A stretch of 64,000 bases of DNA from Eledone cirrhosa (lineage: Eukaryota): positions 95,542,001-95,606,000 of the forward strand of contig OZ024742.1 of the NCBI GenBank assembly GCA_964016885.1, written 5' to 3'. Both the position numbers and the translations under genes were made by a program. Shown in pieces: positions 43,739 to 58,073 of the stretch (positions are counted from its first letter, which is position 1; the number at the start of each line of letters is the position of its first letter). The notes beneath the pieces are model-generated. The model had not been told where the DNA came from. It saw only the letters and a list, made by a program, of their open reading frames with translations, and did no database searches.

Positions 43739-44990
43739 TGAGGGTTGATGAAAAGTTTGTAGGCTGACCAAGATACTCTCATGTAATGTGACCAGATGAG
43801 GTTTAGTTTTCAATGTAGTCTCCCTTGTGATCTACACACTACTTCCATCAGTGTTGTATCCCATTGGTGAAAAAGCATTTAACCTGTTAGTAAAAAAGTA
43901 ATCAACAGCAAATATGATGTCATCATCACTGCAATACTGGTTCCCTACCAAGTGTTTTTTCGTGTTGGGGAGGAGATGATATTCAGATGGGGTCAAATCA
44001 AGAGATGATGGTGGAGGATCAACCATTTCAAAGCCACAGTCACATACAGCAGTCTTTGAAACCAAGGACATGTGTGCTGGAGCATTGTCCTGATGAAAGA
44101 AGACACTTTTCATTAGTTTTCATGGGTGTTTGGTCTTGATAGATTTTAGCAGCTGCCTCAGAAAGTTGGCATAGAACTTTCCATTGATGGTGAGACCCTT
44201 TGGAAGATAGTCAATAAACACGATGCCTTTTGCATACCCCAAAACAGAGGCCATCACCTTTCCTGCATATGAAACAACCTTGGCCTTCTTTGGAGTAAAT
44301 GAGGAGGTTTGTTTCCCCTGCATGGATTGTCTTTTTGTTTCTGGCTCAAAGTGATGAACCCAACACTCATTTTGGGTTAGGAAACCTGCTGGATCTGCCT
44401 CAATGTCAGATTTTCCCCTGATGTGATCAGCCTGGTGTGCTTTTGATCAGGTGTCAGAAAACATGATACCCTCTGAGCAGAAACCTTCATCATACCAAGT
44501 TCATTGCACAGAATATTCTCAACACTCACACATGATATACTAATAGCATTGGCTATTGATTAATAGTCTATTGCCTGTCATCCATCATCATGTGGTGAAC
44601 ACAATCAATGTTTACCTAGGTGGTGGCAGTATCAGGATGTCCAGACCTTGGGACATTTTCAAGACTCTCCTTTCCACTCTTAAATTCAGCTGTCCACGTT
44701 TGCATTATTAAATAAAGCGGAAGTATCATCTCCTAATGGAGCAACCATCTCAGCATGAATATCCTTGGAGGCTAAATCTTTTTTCTGCACAATACCAAAT
44801 TTTGTCCATTTTTAAGAGAATTCACTACCAGTTACTTTTGAAGTCTTCTTTGAACAGTCAGATGTCAGTTTACTAGGAAAAATAACAATGCAGTTATTCA
44901 TAAAAAGAGCTGAAATTAATCCCAGCAAGATTTCACAGCTCTAAAATTACTCCTTCAGAATCATCATATAAACCTTTCAGCCAACACCAG
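43739..44990 (-). mobile_element. Decayed mariner DNA transposon
   Basis: WVHHFEPETKRQSMQ, AGKVMASV..IVFIDYL.KG.TING, FHQDNAPAH, PP.S.DL.PSEY; about 1.25 kb with degenerate TIRs. Confidence 0.9.
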
Positions 44991-45007
44991 TGTGTAATGT
45001 ATGTATA

Positions 45008-45720
45008 TCACCATTATCATCAACATCATTCAATGCCCATGTTTTCACACTAACATGGGTTAGATGAGTTTTCCCATTGTGAGACAAGTCAGATAACCAT
45101 GTCTTGCTGATATAGAACTGTTTCCAGCCTGGTCTTTATGGCTGGATGCCCTTCCTAGCATGAAACACATTTACAATGTGAAGACTGGGTACTTTTTATC
45201 ATGGCACCAAAATGACCACCGTAGAGTGTAGACTGGGTGCTTTTTGGTGAAGCGTCAACATGACTACTTTATAGTGTAGACTGGGCACTTTTCATTATGG
45301 CACCAGAACAGCCACTTTAGCGGGTGGGCTGGGCGATTTTTGTCATGTCACCAAAATTATCACTTTACAGGGTGGACTGAGTGTCTCCTGTCATGTCACC
45401 ATCATGACCTCTTTATGACATGGATTTGTACTTAGTTGTCACTTCACGATCATAAACCTTACAGGGAGACCTAGGCGCTATTTTGTCACATTACCTTACA
45501 GAGAAGGGAATTAAGTGCTCTTTAGTCATAGTACCAACATGAGTACAATACATGATAGACAGGTCCTCGTCTTCACCTAGTCCCTTCTACACAACACACG
45601 TCCTCTCTCTTTTGCTCTAGCACCTCTACAACCTCATCTAATATTCATCTCATTGTGCCTATGTTAATGGTTGCAGATCTGAAGCTTTGACGTTTACCGG
45701 AAGAGAGGGCTGGATACTTG
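45008..45720 (-). mobile_element. Old RTE 3' UTR with internal tandem units of about 43 bp
   Basis: Repeated catggcacca..accactttacag.gtggactggg units; matches 61130-61620. Confidence 0.65.
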
Positions 45721-45795
45721 AGAAGGGAGGTGAAAACAGCTTACCATATATATATATATGTGTGTGTGTGTGGTGTGTGCTTGAGTGCTTGTATA

Positions 45796-47231
45796 TCATC
45801 ATCATCATCATCGTTTAACGTCCATCTTCCACGCTTGCATGGGTTTGTGCAGGAGTTTTCCCACTTGAGGCAAGATTGATTGTCTTGCTTGTATAGGACT
45901 GTCTGGCGGGTTTTCTACAGCTGGATGCTCTTCCTAACACCAACCACGTTTACCGTGTGGACTGGGAGGTTTTTACCATGTTAGCTACATGGCCACATTA
46001 CAGCGTGGACTGTGTGTTTTTTTTTTTCGTGACACCAACACGACCTCATTTATTTCGGACTGGATGTTGTGGTACCAACATAACTTTACATCGAAAGGGG
46101 TGGTGTAGATGGGGTGGGGGTGGTGGGACGGGGGGGGGGGGGTTATTATTGTTAGAGGTGCCTACTGACTGTAGGTTTCGCTTTGTACTTAGGCAAGGCG
46201 GGTTTTCTGTATTACTGTGTAGCGCCAAAGATCTCGGTCCAGTGACATTGTCTTGGAGAGGTGTAAGAGTGTGAGGTGGGAGTTTATCAAGTCGGAGTTT
46301 ATCAAGTCGTCCGTGGCTACCGTCTATTTTTATCGCCTTGCACTTTTCTATACAGCTGTCGTCTTTCATGCGCATCACCTGACCATACCAACATAGTCTT
46401 CTTTCGAGTAAACAACATCTGATTCCTCTTATTCCTAATTTCTCCCTTAGTTCATTTATACTTTGCCGTTCACGTATATTACTATTACACATCCAACGGA
46501 GCATGCAAGCTTCGTTCCTCTCCAGTCTGCGTATATCCTCTGCACACAATGCCCAAGTCTCACTGCCATGTAACATTGGTGTTCGTATGCAGGCATCATA
46601 CAGCCTGCCTTTCATTTTTAGAGAGAACCCTTTAGCGGCCAATAGTGGTATAAGCTCTCTGAACTTTTTCCATCCCGTTATGACTCTAGCTACTGTACTT
46701 TCAGAGCACCCTCCACCACTGCTGATTTTGTCACCCAGGTAACAGAGGTGTCCACTATTTCTATAGAAACATCTGTGCAATGGAATGTGCTAGTATTCAG
46801 TGGGCACTTGCTGCTACTTATTGCACCTGAGCACCGGCCACATATAAAATCTATATTCTTAGTTAGCTTACCTGTGATCCCACTACATCTTTTATGCACC
46901 CATACTTTGCATTTGGGACATAAAATGGAGTTTCTGCCTACTCCTTTCCTACAAACTGAGCATGGCCATTTCCCAGATGGGACCAGTGACTTATTTTCCT
47001 TCCTACAAACTAGAACTTTTGTCTTAGACAGGTTAATTTTAAGGCCTTTTGATTCTAGGCCATGCTTCCATGTTTGGAATTTCTTCTCTAGTTCAGCCAT
47101 TGATTCACCTATGAGCGTTAGATCATCTGCGTATAGAAGTTCCCATGAGCAGCCGGTCTTGATCTCCTCTGTTATAGCCTGAAGGGCAATAATAAATAGT
47201 AGGGGGCTAAGGACAGAACCCTGATGAACAC

Positions 47232-47232
<1 letters not shown>
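45796..47232 (-). mobile_element. RTE-clade LINE, 5'-truncated within RT
   Basis: VHQGSVLSPLLF, LLYADDL, ORFs 46690-47100 and 46046-46780 (YLG, MLHGSETWA, WYGQVMRM); (CAT)n tail. Confidence 0.92.
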
Positions 47233-47274
<42 letters not shown>

Positions 47275-47637
47275 TAACAGATTAAAGTTTAAGCAAAGAA
47301 TCGCTGCTTTCATCCTTAACGGGATCTTCTGAAAGTAAAAAATCAATCTGTGAACGCAGAAGTAAATATTTCGAAAAACGTTACAACCGAAGGAAAACAG
47401 GAAGACGACACTTTGGTTTGTGAAGACGTTCCCTGGCAACGAACGGATAAAAGCGAAGATAATACGTTATTATGTGGAGCGGTGAGAACAATTACACGCA
47501 AAGACAAAACCACGTTAATTGTATAAATGGTATAAGTCGTAGACTAATATTCTATTTGGGAGACCGAGCGATTCTCGACTTCAGAGTTAAGAATAAAGTG
47601 AATAAATAACTAGAATGAAAATGATAGAGGTTATTAA

Positions 47638-47722
47638 ATAATTGTTTCTACTATTGGCACAAGGCCAGCAATTACGTTACTGGTACTTTATATTATCGAC
47701 ACCGTAAGGATGACAGGCAAAA
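47638..47722 (-). mobile_element. Partial family B SINE inside the PLE 3' UTR
   Basis: ataattgtttctactattggcacaaggccagc..aaggatgacaggcaaa. Confidence 0.8.
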
Positions 47723-47852
47723 TTAAATATATACATACACCCATCTATATACGTACATACACGTGCATACGCAAAAACACGCGCACCCGTATATAAACCT
47801 GCGCGACACCTGTACCCGCACACATACGAACGTAAACACCAAATACACATAA

Positions 47853-47883
<31 letters not shown>

Positions 47884-50732
47884 TGCGTGTTTGTGTGTGT
47901 GTGTGTATACATATAATTATATAAACGTATATAAATATACACACATAATTACGTATACAACGCACGCACGCACATACCTACAGGTAAATACACATATGTT
48001 CACCAAACATATGTTATCACAAAGTACATATATACACTCTTTACATACGTGCAAACACACATACACGCATAGACACACAAACACATAATACACATATACA
48101 CATAACCATATACACATATACCAGTATATATAATAAAATATATACACCTATAACAAATACAAGCATATATTCGTACGAGAAAGTATACGTACCTTCATAA
48201 AACATACGGGTAAGGTATACTTACCTATACAAATAAGTAATGGTATAAACATAAAATATACTTAGCTACCACATCAAGACGTAAAGTATCCGCGTATTGT
48301 TCGTACTATCCGTTAGGGCATAATGTGGGGTTGTAACACAGGAAAGTTTTATGCAATTTGTGTTTACAAGCCGAAATTGCCTCAGATTTTTTGTTTAAGA
48401 TGTGGTCATTCGCGTAGAGTATTTCCAGGGCTTCAGAGGCGCAAAGATCGCATGGTCTTTTATTTCCGTTATACGATCTAGCTTTAGCTAGGATCTCCCA
48501 GTGTAACCTATATTGGGTGTGGTTGTCTTTTAGACTCCAGATATAAGCTGAAAGTGATGTCATATTCCTTCTTAAAGGGTTAAGAAAAGAATGAGTGTGC
48601 ATGTAAAGACGCTGCTTGAATCTATTGCCGGTTAACCCTATGTAGGCCCTACGGGACGTGGGTGTTTCGACCTTACAGTTGTAGACAATGTTACTGGAGA
48701 GGCATTTCCCGGATAGAGGGCATTCAACCCGATTCCTGGAATTACAGTTAGTACTAACTACAGGGTTGCACGTGTTCCTACGGCTAGGTAATTTAGAGCT
48801 AAATCTGAAGTAGTGATGTCATGTACAAGGTTAGGGGTCGTAGAGTAAGATATTTTAATGGTATTTCTATTAAAAATGTTATTATATTTATGTGCTGAGG
48901 AGAAGTGCTTCTTAATAAGGGAGAGAAAGATCTTAGCTAATGGTTTTACCACCTCCATATTATATGGTGGGTTATACAATATAATGCATCGGAATCTATT
49001 TTTCCTTGGTCTATGCTCATACTTAGTATATGCTACCTTATTGACAAATCCACTCCGAGCAAGAGCTTCATCGTAATATGTGGAACGGTCGGTGAAAATA
49101 TGTTCGTTCGTAGATAGACGGTAAAGTCTCAAAGAAACGTTTCTTACCAGGTTCTTGGTTATGCTGGCAGGATGGTTAGAATGCATACGTATGTAATTAA
49201 GCGTATCATTCGGCTTTCTATACGGGTAGTGCAAGCCATTCGACAAATTGATGGTAACATCGAGGTAATTAACGACAGAGAGGTTGGCCTCAACCAGTAT
49301 GGAGAGGTTGAAGCCTTTAAAGAAGGCTGTGAAATTCTTTTCTGAAGCTGTCGCAAGCGCGTGGACCGCACTTTGTCATGGTCAAAAGACCGTCATCGCG
49401 GTACAAACCAGCGCCCTCATTGGGGAATTCTTCCTTAATAGAGAAAAGAAGGAAAGGCCGATAAGATCTGTAACCTCTACCGAATCGCTGGCGCCCATAC
49501 TCACGTCGAATTGGGTACTATTAGACGTTTTTATCCAAATAGAGTCGTCGAAATTAATCACCGACTTACGGGCATTGAGGATGACATCTACTTCGAAATG
49601 CTTAACCGCCGTGAGCGTTTTAGCGAAATTGATAGCTCTAAGAAGTGGTAAAGTGATGGAGGAGTAGTAGTTATTGATGTCGAATTGGATAAAACGGCAA
49701 TGTTCCTTGTTGCATATGCCATTGAACCAATCAATCACCGCGAAAGAATTATTCCACAGTGCAAGAAGTGCCAATTTCAGGTATAATTCTATTTAAAATC
49801 CTTTTACTAAGTCTACCAAAATCAGACTGTGTAAGGTTAATAAGCCGAGTAGAGGGGTTTGCTGGCGAAATTGGGTTTGTGATCCTTCAGGGTAAAGTGT
49901 AGAGAAATAGGGTCCAGAGTCTCCGTCCGGTCCTGGATGTTGAGTTCAGAAGTGATTTTAAACTCAGCTTCGTTTATGATATTAATGACAATCCGATTGG
50001 TTTTACGGTAATCCTTAGTTACAGCATTATGTAGCAGTTGATAGTAAGTACTGCGCTCCACTTGATACAGATTGCCAGTTTTGTCGGAGTGGACTTGACG
50101 GCATTAGAATCCTTAATAGAACGAATTCTATTCTTCAGGTCCTGCAGAAAGAAATTGCTCCTATTCCAAAATTTGATACTCCGTATGAGTCCCAAGACGT
50201 CGTTTACGAAGGGTAGCAATGCTGGAGTACTCGGAGCGTTAATATCAGTTTTAAACCAAAATTTATCCTGTTTATTGTCCGCTTTTTCCTGGTTATCGAA
50301 ATAAAAGGCACGCCAACGCAACCTTTTAAGTAACGAATCCGTTTTCTGTATCAGAAGTTTTAGGTATGTCTTCCTGCAAGCTACGGGTATGTTCTTTGTA
50401 GAAATATCCAGGTGTTGCTTCTGCATGATGAATATAAGTGAATAGTGTGCTCAACCGAGGGAGCCAAATATTTACTTTATTCTTAACTATGAAGCCGAGA
50501 ATCTTTCGGGTTCCCAAATAGAATATTAGTTTACGACTTCATTAATACAATTAACGTGGTTTTGTCTTTGCGTGTAATTGTTCTCACCACTCCACATAAC
50601 GACTTATTATCTTCGCCCTTTTCCGTTCATTGCCAGGGAACGTCTTCACGAACCAAAGTATCGTCTTCCGGTTTTCCTTCGGCTGCAACGTTTTTCGAAT
50701 TATTTGCTTCTGCGTTCACAGATTGATTTTTT

Positions 50733-50783
50733 AATTTCAGAAGATCCCGTTAAGGGTGAAAGCAGCGATTCTTTGCTTAAACT
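50733..50783 (+). ncRNA. Hammerhead-like fold with A at core position 4, mirrored at 47286-47336 (minus)
   Basis: ttt-CAGAAGA-tccc gttaa gggt-GAA-agca..tgct-T-aaa. Confidence 0.5.
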
Positions 50784-50890
50784 TTAATCTGTTATTTTAA
50801 TAAATATTTGCTCTAGGGTTCTTATATATTTGATATATATTTATCCTTATCGAGCCCTCTTTGGATTTCAGTCTTCAAATTTATTATTAT

Positions 50891-50948
<58 letters not shown>

Positions 50949-51140
50949 CGAAGGAATTGTGGTAAGGAACCAGATGGACTATAACGCACCAGAGTACTCA
51001 ATACTTAGGGTAGTAGAGTGGGTAATAGGAAAAAGTATGCTCCTGACGGCAGAGCTCAAGCCGTTTCGACGGCTATTTCTGTCCAGAAATAGCCGCCGAA
51101 ACGGCTTGAGTTTTGCCGTCGGGGTCATACTTTTTCCTAT
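50949..51140. mobile_element. Fold-back mini-element, family shared with 23295-23472
   Basis: Hairpin 51025-51140 plus left tail; (TA)n on both sides. Confidence 0.82.
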
Positions 51141-53507
51141 ATATATGTATATATTTCATGTTCATGACTGTTAATTAACTCTCAATATCATGTCATGGTT
51201 TAGTATAAAATGTCTAAAAATGTTTGTATTAACTTTACTTGCAGACAAATTGCTTTGAAAATTTCTAAGAAAGTAAAGGTTTTACTACATAATGTGATGC
51301 AGTTAACTAGACTAAAAAAATGATGTTCCATGTACATGATTAATTTAATAGAAACATTTACAGTATGTTTTCTTGTGGACAGATTGTTGCTACAATGTGT
51401 ACTATGAGAGTAAACCTATAACTATCTAAAGTGATGCAGTTAATTCTGCTCAAAATTATATTTCATGATCATGGTTGTTAACTAACTTTTAACATCTGAT
51501 AATCATTTTGCAAAACATGCTTAAAAACAGGCTTGTTAATGATATCTTTACTTTTAATGTAAAAATTTGTATTAGAATAGAAACGTTATTATGTAATGTA
51601 ATGAAGTTAATTATGCTAAAATTATTTTTCCATGTACATGGTTGTTCATTTATTACATAATCATTAGTTATATGTTTTACATTAAATAATTAATTACTGT
51701 TTGTATTTTTTGAGAATGTGCATTCATGCCATATAGCAGGCATGTGTAACATGCACCCTGTGGCCTGCACAAAGGTTTATATATGGGTCATATATATGTG
51801 ACACATGTGGCCCTCGGGGGCCCTCAGTTTGGTATGCCTACTGTATAGTATGTTAAGAATGTACCTAGCAGTAGGAGATAATGCTACTAATATGTTTGTG
51901 TGCTTTAAAATATTTTCATACAAACATATCTAAGAACTGCTGCTGGTTCTATGATACAAAACTGTCATTTTTAAAGTGGTCATGTTTAAACTTAAACATT
52001 TCATTATACATACATATATACATACATACGTAGATATATACACACATACATACATACATATATTCATGGTGGCTGCAACTCAATTTTGAGTAATGCCATC
52101 ACTTGATACTTAAGTATGAGAATCATAGACGTGACTTTTTAATCTTGCTAGGAACTTGCCTACGGTCAGCAAAGCCATGCATAGAAAGAAAATGTCACAT
52201 ACCAAGTGATGCCTGTGCTTGAAGCTTTTTTAAGTGAGGAAAGGCTTTGCATGGAGCCAATCACACTTTCTGAGCATCAAATGTATTTACACAAAACGTA
52301 GAACTGGTCTAAATCATTGGACACACATAGGTCGCAGGTTTTATATCAGTAAAACCTTCTCCTAGAGATGTCTTCATGAAGACTAGGAGTCTCCTCACTC
52401 CACTGTCCCATAAAGAAAGACTTTATTGGATGGCCATTGACTGTCCGGTGTTCCTCTGTCCTTTGATAGATTTTGTTTTTATAGCATAGTTTGTCCAAAA
52501 TCACCCACCTCCCTGATGACCTAAGGTTGTACTGAGTTACATGTTACTAGGAGCACTGAAGAGCTGCCTGAGAAACGTACATACATACGTGTGCTTGTGC
52601 TTATGCAGATGTATGATTATGCATATATATGTATCTGTATATGTAAGTGTATGTACATCTATGTATAACGTATATATATGTAAATACACATTTATAGTAT
52701 ATATATGTATATACATATATGTATGTATATATGTACATATATAGTATATATATATGTATATACATATATGTATGTATATATGTACAAATCTCTCTATATA
52801 TAGATGTACATATATATATATATATATATACGTGTGTGGGTGTTTACATATATGTGTGCGAGAACATATCTATGTATCTATATATATTTACATATGTGTG
52901 TGTGTATACTTACACACATATGTACATATCTGATTCATGTTTTTTTTATATTTATCTAAATAAACATCAACATCATGTAACCAGCAAATAATCTTATTTG
53001 TCTATCTCATATTGAAGCATATCATCCAATTTAAAGAGCAAATAAATACATTTCTAGTTTAAATTTACTTATTAGCTCTGATAAAGCCTGGTAGCGGCTG
53101 GTAGAGACATTGCGACTATGTATGTCCCAAGCTGATTGCTGTTTGTTAGACACAATGGAATGGAAATTGGAGAAAAACAAAAACAAAAAAAAGAAACACC
53201 GGCCACAAACAAACAGAAACAAAACTTGCCTTTTATCAAAATTTATATCACTTTAGAGCAATACATTTCCATGTTCTGTAATAATTTGTAAGAAATATTG
53301 CCAAGACATATTCCCAGATTGAACCAAATTTCAATACAATCATCTATTTTAAATGATGTTTTAAACATTTGATAAAAATCTGTAAAATATCTTACCATCG
53401 TGATGATAAAAAGATAATACATAGATACACGCATACGTACATACATACAAGCAGAGACACATGCATACATAGATGCACAGACACACACACACACACATAC
53501 ACATATA

Positions 53508-53563
<56 letters not shown>

Positions 53564-53992
53564 ATGATAAAAATATATATATATATATATAAATATGTGT
53601 GTGCACGTGTGTGTGTGTGTGTGTGTATGTGTATATACATGCATACATAAAATATATACACATAAAATGTAATGTACATACATAGATACATAGAATGATT
53701 TATATTTAAAAAATAAAATACTTCCATATTAAAAGATAATATATACATATATAAAAGTCAAGATGCATATATTATACAAATGAAAATATACATACATATA
53801 AAAGATGATATACATACAAATATAAATATATACATATATAGAAACTTATTACTTAAATTGTGTAAAATATAATTGTAACTCAATTAGATATTTGTGTGAT
53901 TGTATGTATGTGAGAATATGTATATCTTTGTATACTACTTTGTATTACTTTGTAAAACTACATTATCTATCTCAAAATCATTATATATACAT

Positions 53993-54099
<107 letters not shown>

Positions 54100-54689
54100 T
54101 ACGCAGATGCACACAGGGGAAATGAGAGAGAAAGAGATAGTTTTAGAAATGAATAATGCATTATTTATGCTTCTATATCTGTATTTGTGTATATATACAT
54201 ATCCACATACAATCTTAGGCATATACATATATACATATAGAAATATGAATATACATACACACACGCATTTATATATATGTGTGTATTTATGTGTACATAC
54301 ATATATAAACACATATGTAAGTACATATATATATATATATATATACATGTGTGTAAGTGAATGTGTATATATCTGCTTAGATATAATAACAGGCAATGTG
54401 TAAACCAATTTAATGTTGAGAAGGTTGTATGTTCAAATGGTGTGTTGAGGTAAGTACTATTTTTCGTATGTTAAGATTATAACACATTAAATTACCTTTT
54501 TTTTCATTCATATTTAGGGTGTAGATATACAAAATTCTTTGTGTTAATTTGTTAGTCAGTGAGTTGATGATTATACCAAGAACAATATACATGTAACAAT
54601 AAATTTGTGTAAGAGATATTATATTTATAATCATTGTCCGGTTGGTAGATTGGCAGAAGCTACTCCATATTGGCACAGGTCAATGACCC

Positions 54690-55210
54690 ACCATTTGCCA
54701 GTGGAGAAGTTCTCAGATACTTGACATTGACAGAGAGTCTTCTCTACCCTATGTTGCATTGATCATCCCAGCTTACCTTTGATCCCATTACATTGCTTGT
54801 CTGTCAACTGTTCATAATTGGTTCACTCTAGGGAGTTTCTATGTATTCCTCTTTTAGTATTTGGGTATCAGACTCATCCTTTTCTCTACTTACTAAAACT
54901 TAACTCCTTGCTAGGTTTACTTTGAAGTTATTTGATTTCAGCTCTTGTTTCCATACCTAAAATATCTGCTTTTCTGCTTTTACCGTTTTTACAATGAGGG
55001 CTAGAACATCAGCAAAGGTTTACACGGACATCTAATCTTGAATTCTTCTGTTAGGGCCTGGAGGACTATAATGAATGGGATGGCTCTGAGAACTATTCCA
55101 TGTTTGACTCCTAACCATATGCTAACTTTATTGCTGTCCTCATTGTTAACCATTAACTTGTTGACAGCACCCGCATTTGTAGCCTCTATACCGCTCACAA
55201 GCTATTCATC
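54690..55210 (-). mobile_element. Old RTE RT fragment
   Basis: GVKHG.VL..FIIVLQALTEEFK..CP..LL. Confidence 0.65.
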
Positions 55211-55277
55211 TTAGGGGATGGGCCTTTCTTTCAGTTAAGTACTTCTACAGCATATATATATGTGTGTGTGTGTGCAT

Positions 55278-55412
<135 letters not shown>

Positions 55413-55860
55413 CATAAATAGATATTGTCATTACTTGAATCAGCCTTTATTCAGATTTCAGAGTCCATACATTTATATTGTGTATACTTTATTTAAAAAT
55501 CTCATGATAGTATCAAAATATAGTATAATTTAAATATCACAGAAAGGTTATCTTAGTACGAGAACTAACTAATTACATATTTACAGAATTGAAACTGTAA
55601 AACAAAATATTTTCATTGAGATTCTTGCAAAACATTTAATTTCGAGGATTTTGTTACACTAGCAAGAATTAATTTGGATATAGTGTTTTCATACTGTGCT
55701 GTTTGTTTACTTGATTACTGATTTTAGTCATTAAACTGCAGCTATACTGAAGTAGAGCTTTTAAGGAATATAGCCAATCACATCAACCTCCGCATTTATT
55801 TTATCGATGTGATTTTGATGAACTTCTAATTTACATGACATAAACAAACAGAAGACATAT

Positions 55861-55898
<38 letters not shown>

Positions 55899-56004
55899 TC
55901 ACAAAAATTGTGCAGAATATGTTGGTGGACAATACATGTTATGAAGAAGCCAACGAATACAAACTTCGAAAGATCATGAAATAACTCAATCATTTACTAC
56001 ACCG

Positions 56005-56197
56005 CAGACCTGTCAACTCTCCTTGTCTGACAAGGAGATCTCCCACCCACTTTGGGGTAGGTGATAGATGTCTTCTCTTGTAAAAAAAGGTATAGCTTTC
56101 ATTATGTAAAATCTCCCCATTTTGTCTCATTTCTCCCAGTTTTGGGGCATTTGTTCATGGTACTCTCCATTTGGAATTTTAGAGTTTGGCAGGTCTG
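56005..56197. mobile_element. MITE with short TIRs, possibly hAT-type
   Basis: cagacctgtcaactct / agagtttggcaggtctg; no clean TSD. Confidence 0.6.
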
Positions 56198-56209
56198 ACA
56201 CAGATTCCA

Positions 56210-57000
56210 AAACTGCCTAACGGATAAGGAACTAGACTATCTTACCTATTGTATGTGTAAAACAAGTACTCTCTATGGATGGTCGAAAATACATAAGAAT
56301 ATACAGATTAATGACACCTTCAAAAAGACGAAAGCCGATTGTGTAAATAAACTAACACCAACTTTAAAACTAAAGCCCATCAAAGCAAGCCCGCTTTGAG
56401 AGACACATCACCTAAGTAACTTTTTAGACACCTTATTAAACCCTCTCCTCAAACACATCTTCACACGAAATGACCTAGATACACTCAACCATCTACCAAA
56501 TAAAGTAAACCAAAACACTTACATGGTTACATTGGATATTGTGAAATTATATAGTAACATTCCACACGACTACAGAATCGGGGCTATCAAATACTATATG
56601 GACTAATTCCCTTGTGAGCTACCAAACCGTATTGACAAACATTTAATCCTAAAAGGTCTTCAATGTATTTTTGAAAGCAACTATTTCATATTCAATGAAA
56701 AAGCCTAACGACAACAATCAGAAACAGACATAGGGATAAACGTTGCACCAATATACGCCGACTTACTAATGGGATATCATGAATGACAAATCTACAAATA
56801 AACGCCAAACATTTATGGGAGCGAAAACTGTTGCTGTATATAAAAAATTGAAAAAAGATACCTGCATGACTGTTTTGTTCTGTGGAGGGAAAATCTTGAC
56901 GAACTAATGAAATTTCAAACCTCAACATTAATCCTAATATGCGGAGATCAAACTTTATCAAATTTCAATGTCTTCCCATTCTACCAATGTTGCTGGTCAA
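56210..57000 (+). mobile_element. Old Penelope-like RT fragment
   Basis: Decayed LSNFLD.LLNPLL, VTLDIVKLYSNIPHD, FESNYFIFNEK, APIYADLLMG. Confidence 0.75.
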
Positions 57001-57240
57001 CATCAAAGAAAAAAAGCATTGGCGAAGGCATGTTTTTTATAGAAAAGTTTAAGCCAAATCTGAAAGCTTTGTATACATAACCATAGATGTATATTGAATT
57101 TTGAATTATAAATTCCCTACTACTATAAATGTTTGCTGAAGAACGATGGGTAAAAGTATGCATTGAGCTTAACTCACCTTACCAATGAAAATAGTGAACT
57201 ATTATACTATAACCTCATATATTACTATATATATATATGA

Positions 57241-57540
57241 CGCCCTTCTGTCACAAATGACAATGGTTTTTTCACCATGCACCTCCGAGGCACAAGTCTG
57301 GGCATGGTTGTTTGTGGAAGACTAGCAGTTGCCCATACATACCAGCCTCCCCGAGGATGTCCAAGGCCAATAAAGCTTGCACCAGTGCGTCGCAACTCAT
57401 ATCTACAGCTGAGTAAACTTGAGCAACGTGAAATAAAGTGTCTTGCTCAAGGAAACAACGCCTCTCCTGGCCCGAGAATCGAACTCTCAACCTTAAGATT
57501 GCAAGCCCAATTCTCTAACCACTAACCCATGCGGCTTCAC
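57241..57540 (-). mobile_element. tRNA-derived SINE, family A
   Basis: Minus tgaagccgcatgggttagtggttagag..gagttcgattctc. Confidence 0.8.
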
Positions 57541-57559
57541 ACACATGTATATATATATA

Positions 57560-58036
57560 TGTAGCGACGTGGTTAGTCAGTCTGGTCACTACTTCCTATC
57601 AGATCCGAGAATAGCCATTAAAAGGGCTGTTATCGCATACGGTCTGATCGTATCTGAAGATAGCCCTTAAAAGAACTGTTGTCACATACGGTAAGGATGA
57701 ACAGACGAAAGCACAAGTTGAAAGGACGAAGCAAGGCGAGAGATGTAATTTCGATCAGCTATTTATTTTCACATGAAGTGACGATACAGGGTACAAGGCG
57801 TGTGTGAGTGACAAGCGTGGCAGAGTATAGGGACACCGATACGCGGGTTGACTCTGCCAAAGTCGACTGGCGAAAGTGTTTGGAATCACTCTATTTATAC
57901 AAAAACAATCGTTTGATGTTTAGTCGCTGCGTAGGCGTTTATTCTGATGGATTCTAAGGGTTGTTTGTTTCACGCTGAGGTAGCTAGCTAACAGATAGAT
58001 GGAGCTGTATATTTCACAGATGTTATTTCCGGTGGC

Positions 58037-58042
<6 letters not shown>
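57560..58042 (-). mobile_element. Probable solo LTR (483 bp) inserted in (TA)n
   Basis: TGTA..TACA termini; minus-strand TATAAAT at about 57893-57899 and AATAAA about 130 nt downstream at about 57762-57767; GC-richer than flanks. Confidence 0.7.

Positions 58043-58073
<31 letters not shown>

Larger units (their letters stand above)
47267..50885 (-). mobile_element. Near full-length Penelope-like element, Naiad-like, frameshifted, with about 335-bp inverted pLTRs
   Basis: ORF start at 50426 MQKQHLDISTKNIP..KRLRWRAFYF, LKDHK, FIQFDINNYY, MGASDSVEV, SNHP, CDLC, end at 48306; 47267-47605 is the reverse complement of 50468-50803. Confidence 0.93.

Noticed and set aside
50612-50655. Minus-strand gtgaaga-cgttc..gaacg-gaaa as a second hammerhead in the pLTR
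   Set aside because: G3-G8 cannot pair, and no UH or stem I follows
57654-57712. ctgaaga..gaaa inside the solo LTR
   Set aside because: No consistent stems I-III
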